From assembly GCA_049976425.1 (NCBI GenBank), contig JBMFIG010000006.1:1-64000 (forward strand): 64,000 nucleotides of DNA, in the 5' to 3' direction. Positions 27,886 to 38,749 of the stretch are shown here, piece by piece. Position 1 is the first letter of the stretch. Every line of letters begins with the position of its first letter. The stretch comes from Thermoproteus sp. (GTDB lineage Archaea; Thermoproteota; Thermoprotei; Thermoproteales; Thermoproteaceae). The translations under genes were made by a program, and so were the position numbers. A model generated the notes under the pieces. It was given only the letters and a program-made list of their open reading frames with translations, did no database searches and was not told the origin of the DNA.

Positions 27886-28302
27886 TTATTTGGGATATTT
27901 ATACGATCTATCTGAATAGTTTATAGTATATCTTTTCGGTTTTAATTGGCTTATTATATACCTAAAAGCGGTGAGAGGATCCGACTGCTCGCCGCAGGTA
28001 TAGACGTCTATGGTGGCGTATCCATATGTCGGCCATGTATGGACTGCTATGTGGCTTTCGAGCACTAGCGCGATCACCGAGACGCCTTCCTTATCTCCGC
28101 CTTTAAACCTCCAGCTGTTGACCTCTACTAAGTGCATGTTAGCGAGCTCGGCAGCCCTCATAACTATGCGTCGCAACCTCTCCTCGTCGGAGAGGAGTTC
28201 GGGATCTATCCCGTAAGCCTCGCCGTAGTAGTGCTTCCCTATCACCGGAACGCTACCCCGCGCTATTTGCGTTGTTTGCATTGCTGTCTGCGCGGATGGC
28301 AC
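27886..28302 (-). CDS. pyruvoyl SAM-decarboxylase family proenzyme, probably the arginine decarboxylase paralogue
   Basis: LE|SHIAVHTWP cleavage site, DVYTCG; GKH and long GGDK loop resemble crenarchaeal ArgDC. Confidence 0.85.
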   Translation of the reverse strand: MPSAQTAMQTTQIARGSVPVIGKHYYGEAYGIDPELLSDEERLRRIVMRAAELANMHLVEVNSWRFKGGDKEGVSVIALVLESHIAVHTWPTYGYATIDVYTCGEQSDPLTAFRYIISQLKPKRYTINYSDRSYKYPK

Positions 28303-28385
28303 CCATATTTAAGCCTTTTGTTTTTAATAAGGAGCTGAGTGGCGTAATACGTGAATTGCTAAATATAGGTGCCTAATCTTCATCG

Positions 28386-30224
28386 ATGCGCGTCTTGTTG
28401 ATACACGCCGAGTCGTTTCGGTGGGAGCCTAAGGAACCTGCAAGCGAGATAAGAGATGAGCCCAATTCTGGCGAGGCCAAAAACGCCTTGGTGGCCTTCA
28501 TCACTGTTGAAGAAGGCGACGTGCTTGATGACGGATACCTATCAAGAATAGCGGAGGATATTATAGACGTTGCGAGGAGAGTAAAAGCGAGCTCTATAGT
28601 TATATATCCATATGCACATTTATCATCAAAATTAGCGCGCCCCTATTTATCTAAAGAAATTCTTAGTAAGGTATACAATATCGTCTCAGCTACTGCCCAG
28701 GGGTTTAGCGTGTTGAAGGCGCCTTTCGGATACTATAAGGAATTTGAACTAAAGTGTCTCGGCCACCCCTTATCGGAGCTTAGTAGATCTTACACGCCGG
28801 AGGCCACGCCGAGGTCGTCAACGCAACAGACTAAGCAACAGGATGTTTACTTGATACTGACTCCGGATGGGGAGGAGTATGACCCGGTACAGTTCCCGCT
28901 TGATAAATATCCCGATCTAAAGGCCTTAGTAGAGAAGGAGGTTTTCAGGAAGGAGTTGCCGGGAGGAGAGCCGAAGTATATAGAATATGTAAAGAGATTT
29001 ACCTTCGACTGGGAGCCCATGTCCGATATCGGCCATATGAGGTACGGCCCTGACGCGACGATTATGATGGAGCTGGTCGAGGACTACGCGTTTCAAGCCG
29101 CTAAATCTTTGGGGATACCGATATTCAAAATAAGGGGAACCAATATGTTCAAGCTGAGCGAGAAGCCCATAGAGACTCACGCCAAGCTGTTCGGCGAAAG
29201 GCTCTATATAGTGGAGACCGACGTCGACTCCATACTGCGCTACGCGGCATGCTTCCAACAGTTCGCCATGGCCAAAGACTGGGTAATTAGCTATAGGAAT
29301 CTGCCCTTCGGAATGTTGGAGATAGCCGACTCCTATAGGTATGAACAGCCGGGCGAGACCGTGTTGCTTTTCAGACTAAGGAGGTTCTACATGCCAGACC
29401 TACATATATTTACAAAGAACTTAAATGAAGCAATAGAAGTTACATATAAATTACATGAAAAAATATTTGAAGAAATAAGAAAAATAAATAGAGACTATGT
29501 ATCACTATATAATATAACGGCGGAATTTTATAAAGGGCATAAAGATTACTTAGTTGAACTTGCGAAAAGAGAGGGAAAGCCCATATTATTACGTATATTA
29601 CCTGAGCAAAAATATTATTGGGTTCTTAATGTGGAGTTCCACATCATCGATGAGCTGGGCAGACCGCGCGAGATTGCTACATTCCAGATAGACGTCGGAA
29701 ATGCAATGAGATTTGGTATAAAATATATAGATGAAGAAAATAAGGTAAAGTATCCCGTTATAATTCATACAGCTATTCTTGGTAGCGTCGAGCGGTATAT
29801 TTTTGCATTGTTCGATACAGCGGCTTTAATGGAGAAACGTGGAGAAGTCCCGAGATTGCCCACCTGGATAACGCCGGTGCAAGTGCGCATAATTCCGGTC
29901 AACCGAGAATATCTCCACATGGCATCTGGCCTCGCCGACGAGCTGGAGAAGAGGGGCATAAGGGTCGATATAGATGATAGGGAGGAAACCCTCTCGAGGA
30001 AGATACGCGATGCGGAGCGGGAGTGGATCCCATATATAATAGTCATAGGCCAAAAAGAGGCTTCCTCGAACACGCTTACTGTTAGGATTAGGGGCAAAGG
30101 ACAAGTACAAATGTCGAGACAGGATCTCGTGGAGGCTGTGGAGAAGGAGGTTTCGGGCTTCCCGAGAAGGCCACTATATATGCCGAGGCTTCTCTCTCAG
30201 AGACCCTCCTACAAACAGCTCTGA
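28386..30224 (+). CDS. thrS: threonyl-tRNA synthetase (archaeal type with DTD-like editing domain)
   Basis: YPYAHLS, APFGYYK, RYAAC, RLRRFYMPDLH, IHTAILGSVER. Confidence 0.97.
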   Translation: MRVLLIHAESFRWEPKEPASEIRDEPNSGEAKNALVAFITVEEGDVLDDGYLSRIAEDIIDVARRVKASSIVIYPYAHLSSKLARPYLSKEILSKVYNIVSATAQGFSVLKAPFGYYKEFELKCLGHPLSELSRSYTPEATPRSSTQQTKQQDVYLILTPDGEEYDPVQFPLDKYPDLKALVEKEVFRKELPGGEPKYIEYVKRFTFDWEPMSDIGHMRYGPDATIMMELVEDYAFQAAKSLGIPIFKIRGTNMFKLSEKPIETHAKLFGERLYIVETDVDSILRYAACFQQFAMAKDWVISYRNLPFGMLEIADSYRYEQPGETVLLFRLRRFYMPDLHIFTKNLNEAIEVTYKLHEKIFEEIRKINRDYVSLYNITAEFYKGHKDYLVELAKREGKPILLRILPEQKYYWVLNVEFHIIDELGRPREIATFQIDVGNAMRFGIKYIDEENKVKYPVIIHTAILGSVERYIFALFDTAALMEKRGEVPRLPTWITPVQVRIIPVNREYLHMASGLADELEKRGIRVDIDDREETLSRKIRDAEREWIPYIIVIGQKEASSNTLTVRIRGKGQVQMSRQDLVEAVEKEVSGFPRRPLYMPRLLSQRPSYKQL

Positions 30225-30262
30225 TCCAGCATTACAGTAGCTTTTAACCAAATAGATAGGTC

Positions 30263-30463
30263 ATGAAGAAGAGAGGATCCCTATTCGTCGAGGAGACGTT
30301 GTTGCTGTTTCTGGCCATAGGGATATTCGTGGCGTTTGCGCTGACAGTTACAGGCATGATTAAAGGAGCGCTTAGCGGCATTCTCGGCTTCAGAAACGAG
30401 ACAAATACCCTGTTAAGTCAGCTAGTTAGTGCGGCGAAACAGCTGATACTCGGAAGCGGCTAA
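30263..30463 (+). CDS. small pilin-like protein with class III signal peptide
   Basis: MKKRG|SLFVE (Glu at +5) followed by a hydrophobic helix. Confidence 0.65.
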   Translation: MKKRGSLFVEETLLLFLAIGIFVAFALTVTGMIKGALSGILGFRNETNTLLSQLVSAAKQLILGSG

Positions 30464-30467
30464 CTTC

Positions 30468-31052
30468 TTATTCAATATATATACCATTTTTATTTAATCG
30501 ATCAATAATATTTTCTTTTTCAGAAGTAAATAAATTAATTATATTTTTAATATATGATTTATTTATAGATATATTATATTTCGGATCGGCCAACATGCGT
30601 GCGATATTGGCGATGAAATCCTCCGCATCCTTGGTGGCCATCTTTGCCTTTAGGACCAAAAGATCTTCTAGCCTTATGCTTCTTATATCAAAATTATCAA
30701 TCTTAATAGTAAGAGAATTTTCAATAATTTGAGGAGGAATATATATATCTAATATATTTTCTAATAGATCTATTTTAAGTAGTTCGCCAGATATAACGAG
30801 CTCGTAGTATATGGTGCCGTGGTCCGTAGTTCCTATATCCCATTCATTCTCTTGTGCTATTTTTTCAAATAATTCGTAATCTAATATTGTTGATTTATTT
30901 ATTATAAATAAATCAAGATCTACAGGATCTAAATCTATATTATAAACTAGAGGAAGTACAGCAGAGCCCACGAGGACAAACTCCACGCCATGCCTCCGCA
31001 ACGCATCGCCGACCCGTATTAGTCCGTCCTTGTATTTTCGATAGCGATCCAT
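30468..31052 (-). CDS. nucleotidyltransferase-fold protein (DUF2204-like)
   Basis: VLVGS, DLDLF, KIDLLEN, LEDLLVLKA; start ATG 31052. Confidence 0.75.
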   Translation of the reverse strand: MDRYRKYKDGLIRVGDALRRHGVEFVLVGSAVLPLVYNIDLDPVDLDLFIINKSTILDYELFEKIAQENEWDIGTTDHGTIYYELVISGELLKIDLLENILDIYIPPQIIENSLTIKIDNFDIRSIRLEDLLVLKAKMATKDAEDFIANIARMLADPKYNISINKSYIKNIINLFTSEKENIIDRLNKNGIYIE

Positions 31053-31147
31053 AGTCGGCGAGAGGCGGAGTCTTTTAAAGTTGCTATATATAGTATATAT
31101 AGTGAGTGTTATGGTAAAGCTTATAACACCGATTTTCTTGATCATTC

Positions 31148-32353
31148 ATGTTAGAACGTGCTTTATCAGTTATACCGAGCATATCTAAATGTGCTAGGCC
31201 AAGTAAGAGAACAATTGTGAGAATTGATATAAATTCTCCAATAAAAAATAATAAGATACTTGATGATTATAGGCTGAGAGCTCATGCAAAAACGATATCG
31301 ATTCTTTCTGATGCCGGCGCACGGGTCGTCGTTTTGGCCCACCAGGGCCGTCCCGGTCAGGATGACTTCACAAGTCTTGAGATTCATAAAAATATATTAG
31401 AAAAATATGTCAATAAAACTATATTATTTATTGAAGATGTAATAGGTCCATATGCATTAAATAAAATAGATAATATGAAAGATGGAGAGATCTTGATGCT
31501 GGAGAACGTGAGAATGCTCTCGGAAGAGGTCGTTGAGGGGCCGCCGGAAAAACAAGCAAACACCTGGCTTGTGAGGAAGTTGGCGCCCCACGCCGACTAT
31601 TTCGTGTTCGACGGATTCGCCGTGGCGCACAGATCGCAACCCAGCGTGGTGGGCTTCCCCATGGTCATGCCCTCGTGTATGGGCTACGTGATGGAAAGAG
31701 AATTAACCGCCCTCTCGGAGATCTGGCGCAACAGGAAGCTCACGCTGATCGTTGTCGGCGGCGCCAAGGTGCCGGAGTCCCTTAGAGCGATAAAGGAGGT
31801 GTTAGACAAAGGTCTCGCAGATAAGGTGCTCGTCGGCGGCCTTGTGTCTGTCGTCATGGCCTCTGCCAAATCGCGCGTGGGGCCGTCTGTAAGGCAGTTC
31901 CTCGAGGGCATGGGCTTGCTGTCCGAGGTGGAGAAGGCTAGGATGTTGTTGGAAACCTACGGAGACTTCATCGTATTGCCGGAGGACTTCAAGTCTAGGA
32001 CCGGCGAGCTGAGCCTATCCAATCTAGACGAAGTCCCGGGCGATATAGGCGACGCCACGGCTACTAAGTTCGCAGAGATAATAAACGACTACGAATACGT
32101 AGTAGTGACGGGGCCCATGGGCAGGGTAGAGGAGCCAGATTTCTTCGCCGGCACGCGCCGCATCTTGGAGGCCGCTAGCAGGCGTAGGGCGATTATAGGA
32201 GGGGGCCACACAATACTGTCCGCCGAGAAGGCGGGAGTCCTCGACAAGATCTTCCACGTATCTACGGGAGGCCGCGCCTTCTTGATGGCGCTGTCGGAGG
32301 AATTGCCTGCTGTCAACGCGTTGGTTAAATCGGCCGAGAGGTTCTGGCTATGA
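31148..32353 (+). CDS. pgk: phosphoglycerate kinase
   Basis: RIDINSP, AHQGRPG, LENVR, AHRSQPS, GGAK, STGGRA. Confidence 0.96.
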   Translation: MLERALSVIPSISKCARPSKRTIVRIDINSPIKNNKILDDYRLRAHAKTISILSDAGARVVVLAHQGRPGQDDFTSLEIHKNILEKYVNKTILFIEDVIGPYALNKIDNMKDGEILMLENVRMLSEEVVEGPPEKQANTWLVRKLAPHADYFVFDGFAVAHRSQPSVVGFPMVMPSCMGYVMERELTALSEIWRNRKLTLIVVGGAKVPESLRAIKEVLDKGLADKVLVGGLVSVVMASAKSRVGPSVRQFLEGMGLLSEVEKARMLLETYGDFIVLPEDFKSRTGELSLSNLDEVPGDIGDATATKFAEIINDYEYVVVTGPMGRVEEPDFFAGTRRILEAASRRRAIIGGGHTILSAEKAGVLDKIFHVSTGGRAFLMALSEELPAVNALVKSAERFWL

Positions 32354-33378
32354 AAGTCGCCGTAGTCGGCTACGGCACCATAGGCAAGAGAGTGGCCGAC
32401 GCCGTTGCGGCGCAAGACGACATGAAGCTGGTCGGCGTGTTCAAGACGACGCCCGACTACGGCGCAATTCTGGCGGCGCGGAGGGGCTACAGGATATACG
32501 CGCCCGACGACCGGCGCGAGAATTTCCGTAAGGTCGGCGTAGAGGTCTGGGGCGGATTAGCCGACCTAATATCGGAGGCCGACATCGTGGTGGACGCCAC
32601 GCCCGACGGCGTAGGGGCGGAGAACAAGGGCCTCTACGTAAAGGCGGGGAGGCCGGCTATATTCCAGGGGGGCGAGGAGGCCGACGTGGCGGAGGTCAGC
32701 TTCAATGCGTTGGCAAATTTCGAGAGCGCCGTGGGCAAGAGGTTCGTGAGGGTGGTCAGTTGCAACACCACCGGGATATCGAGGGTGTTGTCGGCCCTTA
32801 GGCTGAACGGGCTCGGCATCAGGAAGGCCAGGATCTTCATAGCGAGGAGGGGGGCAGATCCGAGGGAGTACAAGAAGGGCCCCATAAACGACGTGGTGCC
32901 CAACCCGGCCACGATACCGAGCCACCACGGCCCCGACGCCAAGACGGTGCTCGGCGACGTGGACATAGTCACAGTGGCTGTGGCGGTGCCGGTCACCATA
33001 ATGCATATGCATATGGCTTACATAGAGCTCGACGACGCGCCGAGTAGGGAGAGGGTGATAGACGTGTTGGCATCTACGCCCAGGATCCTGCTCTTCGACG
33101 TAAAGGCGGGGTACAACAGCCTCGCGCAGATAGTAGAATGGGCTAGGGATATGGGCAGGCCGCGCGGCGATATCTGGGAGGTCGCCGTCATCTCGGACTC
33201 CGTCACCGTAAACGGGCGCGAGCTATACCTAATGTACGGAGTCCATCAAGAGGCCGTAGTGGTGCCCGAGAACATAGACGCAATAAGGGCAGTGGGGAGG
33301 TTGGCGGATAAATGGACCTCGATAGAGAAAACTGATAAAGCGTTGGGCATAATCGCGCATGGAAAGAGATATGGTTGA
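32350..33378 (+). CDS. gap: glyceraldehyde-3-phosphate dehydrogenase (archaeal class II)
   Basis: [35 protein letters not shown]. Confidence 0.96.
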   Translation: MKVAVVGYGTIGKRVADAVAAQDDMKLVGVFKTTPDYGAILAARRGYRIYAPDDRRENFRKVGVEVWGGLADLISEADIVVDATPDGVGAENKGLYVKAGRPAIFQGGEEADVAEVSFNALANFESAVGKRFVRVVSCNTTGISRVLSALRLNGLGIRKARIFIARRGADPREYKKGPINDVVPNPATIPSHHGPDAKTVLGDVDIVTVAVAVPVTIMHMHMAYIELDDAPSRERVIDVLASTPRILLFDVKAGYNSLAQIVEWARDMGRPRGDIWEVAVISDSVTVNGRELYLMYGVHQEAVVVPENIDAIRAVGRLADKWTSIEKTDKALGIIAHGKRYG

Positions 33379-33778
33379 CGAGCCCTCGTACAAACTCGCC
33401 TACAGATTCAGGAAAGTCCTAGTCCCTATAACCCCCGACGAGAGGTCGCAGATAGCCATAGAGGTCGCGAAGGACTTCTATACTAGATATGGATCTCATA
33501 TTGTATTTTTATATATAATAGATAATATAGATAAGACTAAAGAAATAAATCAATTATTATCGAAATATGCAAACGATATAGTGTATGAGCTTAAAGTAGA
33601 GCGTCTCAAGGAGGGGGAGACTGTAGCGTCCGCAATACTTGAGGAGATAAAGAGGGGGCTGTACGATTTGGTGATCGTTGAGTCGAGGGGGCGCACGGGT
33701 ATTGAGGCCCTACTGTACAACTCGGTATCTACCGCCATAGCTCTTTCGGCCCCCACGAGCGTATTAGTGCTCAGATGA
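33371..33778 (+). CDS. universal stress protein
   Basis: KVLVP, YDLVIV, SRGRTG, SVS, SVLVLR. Confidence 0.85.
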   Translation: MVDEPSYKLAYRFRKVLVPITPDERSQIAIEVAKDFYTRYGSHIVFLYIIDNIDKTKEINQLLSKYANDIVYELKVERLKEGETVASAILEEIKRGLYDLVIVESRGRTGIEALLYNSVSTAIALSAPTSVLVLR

Positions 33779-34836
33779 AGATAGGGGCCGCCATATCGCC
33801 GTATCAACATTTCGGAATATGCGGTTGCGATCTACCAGACGAGATAGGGGCTAGACATATCCAGTTCTTCGAAAAGGATATACTCCTGGCCAAGAAGATA
33901 GGGCTAGACTCGTTCAGGACAGGCATAGAGTGGGCGTTGCTCGAGCCGGTAAGGGGCAAATATAGCATAACATGGCTTAATTTCTTCGAAAAATACCTAG
34001 ACTATATAGAGGGCGCCGGTCTTGAGATATGGTTAACGGCTCATCACTTTACAAATCCTAGATGGATCTGGAAGGAGGGAGGGTGGGAATCTAAAAATAT
34101 AATTAAACTTTTTCTAAATTATATAGATATAATTTTAAGAAATTTCAAAAAATACATAAAATTTTTACTAATATTTAACGAGCCAGAAATATATGTATAC
34201 CTAGCCTATTTAAAAGGAGATCTGCCGCCGTACGGATTCTTTGCATATAAACACGCCGCGAGGGCGTTCAGCAACATAAGGGAGGCGATACTAGCCGCTA
34301 GAGATCTCGCCAAGAGCTACGGCGTTCCTGCATCGTTTACGCACCCCTACAGGAAGTATAGGGCTAAGCCACATCTAAAGCCTCTAGAATGGGTATTCAC
34401 CAAGCTAAGCCCCTCTACGTTGGATCTGGCAAAGGAGATGGACGTTGCGGCGATTAACTTCTACGTAGTCACAGAGGTCTCGCTAGGGGATTTTAGGAGC
34501 CTCTTAGAGCCAGAAGCGCTTCTTGAGTTAAAGGCGCCGAGAATAGCCGTGACGGAGTACGGGATAGCTACCCGCAATGAACGCGTTAGATCGGCCTATC
34601 TGTGCGAAATGGCGCGTGTATTTCGGAAAATAGAGCCAGTAGCCGTTATTTGGTGGTCTTTTCTGCACGGCTACGAGTGGGGTCTCGGATACAAGCCGTT
34701 CTTCGCCTTGATAGACGAGAATAGAAGGCCGACGCCGCTCGCGTTAAGTATGAGACGGATATTGGAGGCGCCGCCTCCAGAATGCGGGCCTTTACCGAGG
34801 GATCTGGGTATTGAGTGGAGAATGGCGTTGGATTGA
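33775..34836 (+). CDS. glycoside hydrolase family 1 (compact)
   Basis: FRTGIEW, HHFTNP, FNEP acid/base, TEYG nucleophile, YEW. Confidence 0.88.
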   Translation: MKIGAAISPYQHFGICGCDLPDEIGARHIQFFEKDILLAKKIGLDSFRTGIEWALLEPVRGKYSITWLNFFEKYLDYIEGAGLEIWLTAHHFTNPRWIWKEGGWESKNIIKLFLNYIDIILRNFKKYIKFLLIFNEPEIYVYLAYLKGDLPPYGFFAYKHAARAFSNIREAILAARDLAKSYGVPASFTHPYRKYRAKPHLKPLEWVFTKLSPSTLDLAKEMDVAAINFYVVTEVSLGDFRSLLEPEALLELKAPRIAVTEYGIATRNERVRSAYLCEMARVFRKIEPVAVIWWSFLHGYEWGLGYKPFFALIDENRRPTPLALSMRRILEAPPPECGPLPRDLGIEWRMALD

Positions 34837-35484
34837 CTAGAAGAACGCGGAGAGATCCGTCTCGTTGTCCTCTTGTAGACCTTCCAGCACTCTCCTTATT
34901 CTTGCCAGAGCCTTATCCGGGAGAGGCCAAGATCTATAGTTCTGGATCGCCTTAAGCGGGCTTCCGTATTTTTTAAGCAGTTGTTCTGCTGTTTTGATCC
35001 CCACGCCGGGCAACGACGAGAGGAACTCTATCTGTAGCTTCCTTAAATCAGCGCCTTTAGTGTGCGGGATCCGGATTCCTCTATCTTCTCTTTCGGCCTG
35101 CCTAGCGGCCAGACATATGGCATGGCCGGTCTGCTCGGGCGAGCGAGTGTACAACATGCCTACGCCCATCCTCGCTATAGCCAGCTCGGCGCCTAGTATG
35201 GCGTTTTGATGGACCTCGCGCATATCGGCCGCCCTCCACAGATCGCCCTCTATTATGATCACCGGCCTCTGGCCGCTTGAGAGGAGGCGAGCCGCTTGGT
35301 CGAACAGCCGCCCGTCTACTATCGAAGATATGAAATCGTGGGCGCTCTTCCGCTCAAATAAGAAATTGCCAGCTATATAGTCGCCTATCTCGAGCTGTCT
35401 CTGTACGACCTGGCAACCGGCCTCCTTTATATACTTAATAACATCAGTTCTATATTCTCTTGAGTCAGCTATTACCTGGCTCAA
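34837..35484 (-). CDS. xpf: crenarchaeal XPF/ERCC4 nuclease
   Basis: DSRE, GDY, ERKSAHD, HhH GVGIKTA, C-terminal PIP-like LSAFF. Confidence 0.92.
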   Translation of the reverse strand: MSQVIADSREYRTDVIKYIKEAGCQVVQRQLEIGDYIAGNFLFERKSAHDFISSIVDGRLFDQAARLLSSGQRPVIIIEGDLWRAADMREVHQNAILGAELAIARMGVGMLYTRSPEQTGHAICLAARQAEREDRGIRIPHTKGADLRKLQIEFLSSLPGVGIKTAEQLLKKYGSPLKAIQNYRSWPLPDKALARIRRVLEGLQEDNETDLSAFF

Positions 35485-35921
35485 GTCGTCAATACCTCAC
35501 GTTTGGCGGACCACTCGACGACGTCCTCCTTCTTACCTATAACCACCCAAGAGATTGTCTTGGCCAAGGGCCTCGTCTCGGCGATAATAACTCTGTCGCC
35601 CGGCTTGATCTCTATACATTCGGGAACCCTCACGTGGAGCTTTCTCCTCCTCCTCTCGTAACGTTTGTATTTGGGGACGTAGTGTATCCACTCGTGAACA
35701 ACCACAGCGGCTTTGTGCATCCTCACGCTTTCCACCTCAACCTCCAGCAACTTCGTCCTTATCTTCAAATTGCCGTGCCAGGGACATTCTGGGTCGTCGC
35801 ACGCGGCGGCGGGGGGCTGGATCCAAGGAATACCGATATCGGCAACTCTTACCTTCACGCCGTTGGGGAAGGTTATCGTGTCGCCTATATGGGGCCTCGA
35901 GGGCAGTTTGATGACCGCCAT
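35481..35921 (-). CDS. rps17: 30S ribosomal protein uS17
   Basis: CDDPECPWHG, KYKRYERR, ETRPLAKT. Confidence 0.95.
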   Translation of the reverse strand: MAVIKLPSRPHIGDTITFPNGVKVRVADIGIPWIQPPAAACDDPECPWHGNLKIRTKLLEVEVESVRMHKAAVVVHEWIHYVPKYKRYERRRRKLHVRVPECIEIKPGDRVIIAETRPLAKTISWVVIGKKEDVVEWSAKREVLTT

Positions 35922-35922
35922 A

Positions 35923-36405
35923 TCACTTAGCGGCTATATGTAGCGACGACTTCGTGGCCTTGAGTCCGGGCTCGCCGTGCTGTACGGGCTTGCACGTTAT
36001 GGCGAACTCGCCGAGGTAGTGCCCTACGTGCCAAGGAGATATGTAGACCGGTATCCAAGTGATGCCGTTGTAGACTTGGATGGTTAGGCCGACCATCTCG
36101 GGGAGGATTATCATGTCTCTGCTATGCGTCTTTATGGTCACCTTCTTGCCTTGCGCCGCCAAGGCGCGGGCCTTCCTCACCTTCTCAAGCAGTTTTCTGT
36201 GCTCGGGCTTTAGCCCGCGCCGCAAGCTCCGCCTCTGTCTGGCAGGCAGTAGCTTTATGAAATCGTCCATAGACATCGAAAGGATATCGTCGAGGGTCTT
36301 GCCCCTGTACCTAAACGTGCCCCACTCCTCTTGGGCGATCACGGCCGGTTGCGGCCACCCGGTCCTTCCGCGTTGAGCAGCTTCCGCTTCCTGAGGCGCA
36401 GACAT
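35923..36405 (-). CDS. rps19: 30S ribosomal protein uS19
   Basis: [27 protein letters not shown]. Confidence 0.95.
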   Translation of the reverse strand: MSAPQEAEAAQRGRTGWPQPAVIAQEEWGTFRYRGKTLDDILSMSMDDFIKLLPARQRRSLRRGLKPEHRKLLEKVRKARALAAQGKKVTIKTHSRDMIILPEMVGLTIQVYNGITWIPVYISPWHVGHYLGEFAITCKPVQHGEPGLKATKSSLHIAAK

Positions 36406-36446
36406 CGCTTGCCAGATAGTGAGGTGTTTAAATCTCTTCTCCTACC

Positions 36447-36743
36447 CTACGATAACAAGCCCATCTTGGCCGCGAGGCCGTGGGCCTCCTTGATTATCGA
36501 GACGGCCTCGTCGAGCATATCGACATGTCTGGCCTGCACTACGGCGTTTTCGTCGCCGACCATGTACTCTATGTAGTACTCATCGCCGGCCCAAGACAGC
36601 ACTATGAACACGTAGAAGTCCTCGCCCAGCTGGATCTGGCCGAAGGCCTCGTCGCGCCGCCACTCCACGGTCAAACGTCTGGACCTCTTCTCGAGAGCCT
36701 CGGCGAGCTTTTTGAAATACTCCTCGGCGCGCTCTCTGCCCAT
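36447..36743 (-). CDS. hypothetical protein
   Basis: 98-aa ORF filling the gap, typical codon usage, upstream TATA. Confidence 0.65.
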   Translation of the reverse strand: MGRERAEEYFKKLAEALEKRSRRLTVEWRRDEAFGQIQLGEDFYVFIVLSWAGDEYYIEYMVGDENAVVQARHVDMLDEAVSIIKEAHGLAAKMGLLS

Positions 36744-36788
36744 AGCCTACGACGGGCATATGTTTTATAAGGATTCTATCTGTGGCAC

Positions 36789-38351
36789 ATGCCAGTAATA
36801 GACGTATCGTTGTGGGATCTACAACGCCTTGTAGGCGCCTCCGAGGCCCAGATCCTCAACGCGCTTGAGTATGTAAAGGGTGAGGTGGAGGGGCGGGAAG
36901 GCGATAGGCTTAAGATAGAGATAACGCACGATAGGCCGGATCACTTCTCGGCGGAGGGCCTGGCGAGGACTTTAAAGGGCATTTTAGGGATAGAGGAAGG
37001 CCTTCCGGAGGCCGAGGTCGAGGAGGGAGCTATCGAGCTGAGGTACGAGGGGATCATAGAGGAGAGGCCCTACGCGGTGATGGCGGTTGTCAGAGACTTG
37101 GCGCTCGACGACGAGGCGATAGTCCAGATGATACAGTTGCAAGAGAAGCTCCACGACACCTACGGACGCGATAGGAGAAAGATCGCCATAGGGTATTACG
37201 ACCTATCGAAGATCAAGCCGCCTATTTTCTACAGAAGGATATCGCAGGAGGATAGGTATACGCCGCTGGGATTCGACAGAGAGATCAAGGTGAGGGAGAT
37301 GTACGAGGTCACCGACAAGGGGAGGAAATACGCCTCTCTCATAAAGAGGGAGACCCCGCCGGCGCTCGTGGACTCCGAAGGCAAGATAATGGTGGTAGTG
37401 CCCGTCCTGGGTAGCGAATGTTGCAAGGTCACTCCAAGCACTAGGGATGTCCTCATCGACGTGACGGGGCCGCAACTGGAGCCGTTGTTAAAGATTTTAT
37501 CCATACTCGTCTACAACCTATTGGAGCGTAGCAAGAGCAGAAGGGTGGAGCTGGTTAAGATAAACGGCGTATATCCGACTAGGCTGGAAAGCCGTGAGGT
37601 ATACGTGGATAGGAGACAAGTCGGCGAGATGCTGGGCGTCGATCTGAGCGACGAGGAATACAGAACTCTGCTACGCCGCGCGCGCCACGACGTGCGCGGC
37701 GACAGTGTGCTCGTAGCCCCCTATAGGATCAACATAATTAGCTGGGTCGATATAGCCGAGGATATAGCCATAATGAAGGGCTACGGCAATATATCCAGAG
37801 CACCGCCTCCTATAATCACGGCCGGAAGAAGACACAGATCGGAGATCTCCTCCGAGGATGCCCGAAGAGCCTTGCTGTCGTTGGGATTCCAAGAGGTCAT
37901 GAACGGCGTCTTGATCCACTCGGCGCTTCTCGACGCGTTCGGTTTAAGGTACGCGAGGGTTATGAACCCCGTATCGGAGCGCCTAGACGCTGTGAGAAGC
38001 TCGTTACTCCCCGGCTTGCTGAGCGTGGTCTCGGGTCTGAAGAGATCTAGGGTTAAGCTGTTCGAGATAGGCGACGTAGTCGCGGAGGGGCTCACCAGAA
38101 GAGCCGTCGCCGCGGCTATAGGAGGCGACGGCGTCACGATCACCGACGGCATTTCGGTATTTAGATCGCTATGTATAGCGCTCGGCGTCGAGTGCAGGTT
38201 GGAGAACGGGCACATGTACTGGTGTACTGAGGGAAGATGCGCCGAGCTTAAAGGCGAGGTCGACGGCTATGTAGGCGAGGTGCGGCCGGATATTCTGACA
38301 AAACTCGGCGTGTTTATGCCGGTCGTGTTGGGCGAGATCTTCCTCACCTAG
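36789..38351 (+). CDS. pheT: phenylalanyl-tRNA synthetase beta subunit
   Basis: DRPD, QEKLH..GRDRRK, DIAEDIAI, NPVS..RSSLLPGLL, FEIG. Confidence 0.94.
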   Translation: MPVIDVSLWDLQRLVGASEAQILNALEYVKGEVEGREGDRLKIEITHDRPDHFSAEGLARTLKGILGIEEGLPEAEVEEGAIELRYEGIIEERPYAVMAVVRDLALDDEAIVQMIQLQEKLHDTYGRDRRKIAIGYYDLSKIKPPIFYRRISQEDRYTPLGFDREIKVREMYEVTDKGRKYASLIKRETPPALVDSEGKIMVVVPVLGSECCKVTPSTRDVLIDVTGPQLEPLLKILSILVYNLLERSKSRRVELVKINGVYPTRLESREVYVDRRQVGEMLGVDLSDEEYRTLLRRARHDVRGDSVLVAPYRINIISWVDIAEDIAIMKGYGNISRAPPPIITAGRRHRSEISSEDARRALLSLGFQEVMNGVLIHSALLDAFGLRYARVMNPVSERLDAVRSSLLPGLLSVVSGLKRSRVKLFEIGDVVAEGLTRRAVAAAIGGDGVTITDGISVFRSLCIALGVECRLENGHMYWCTEGRCAELKGEVDGYVGEVRPDILTKLGVFMPVVLGEIFLT

Positions 38352-38389
38352 ACATCAAAGACTTATTAATGAGAGCCGCGGCGGGGTAT

Positions 38390-38749
38390 ATGTCGGACGA
38401 GATAGACACCATCATCAAGAAAAAGGCTTTGGAGATGGCGATCAGACAAGCGATGTCGAAGAAGCCTGAGGAGAAGCCGCTTACCAACGACGACGTGATA
38501 AGGATAGTCAGAGGCTTGCTGAGAGGCGAAAGAGCTGAGGAGATTCTGAAGACGTCTCTGGAGCTGTACGGAGACTCTCTCATGCCTCTCCTCAGAAAGA
38601 TAGTGGATCTGCACAGACAGGGGGTGATCAACGAGCTGTGGGACTACGAGCTCTACAGAATATTGACGAACGCCGGCTTCGTGATACCGTTAAAGACGAG
38701 GCTACGCATAGTTAGACACGGCCGCGAGTACAAGATAGGGGAGGACTAA
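38390..38749 (+). CDS. PDCD5-like helical DNA-binding protein
   Basis: Helical pattern, D.ELYRIL, C-terminal TRLRIVR. Confidence 0.55.
   Translation: MSDEIDTIIKKKALEMAIRQAMSKKPEEKPLTNDDVIRIVRGLLRGERAEEILKTSLELYGDSLMPLLRKIVDLHRQGVINELWDYELYRILTNAGFVIPLKTRLRIVRHGREYKIGED

Noticed and set aside
21766-34836. Horizontally acquired low-GC island
   Set aside because: Genes are core housekeeping, no integrase or att sites are visible, and low GC occurs as sub-genic patches; reported as a separate finding.
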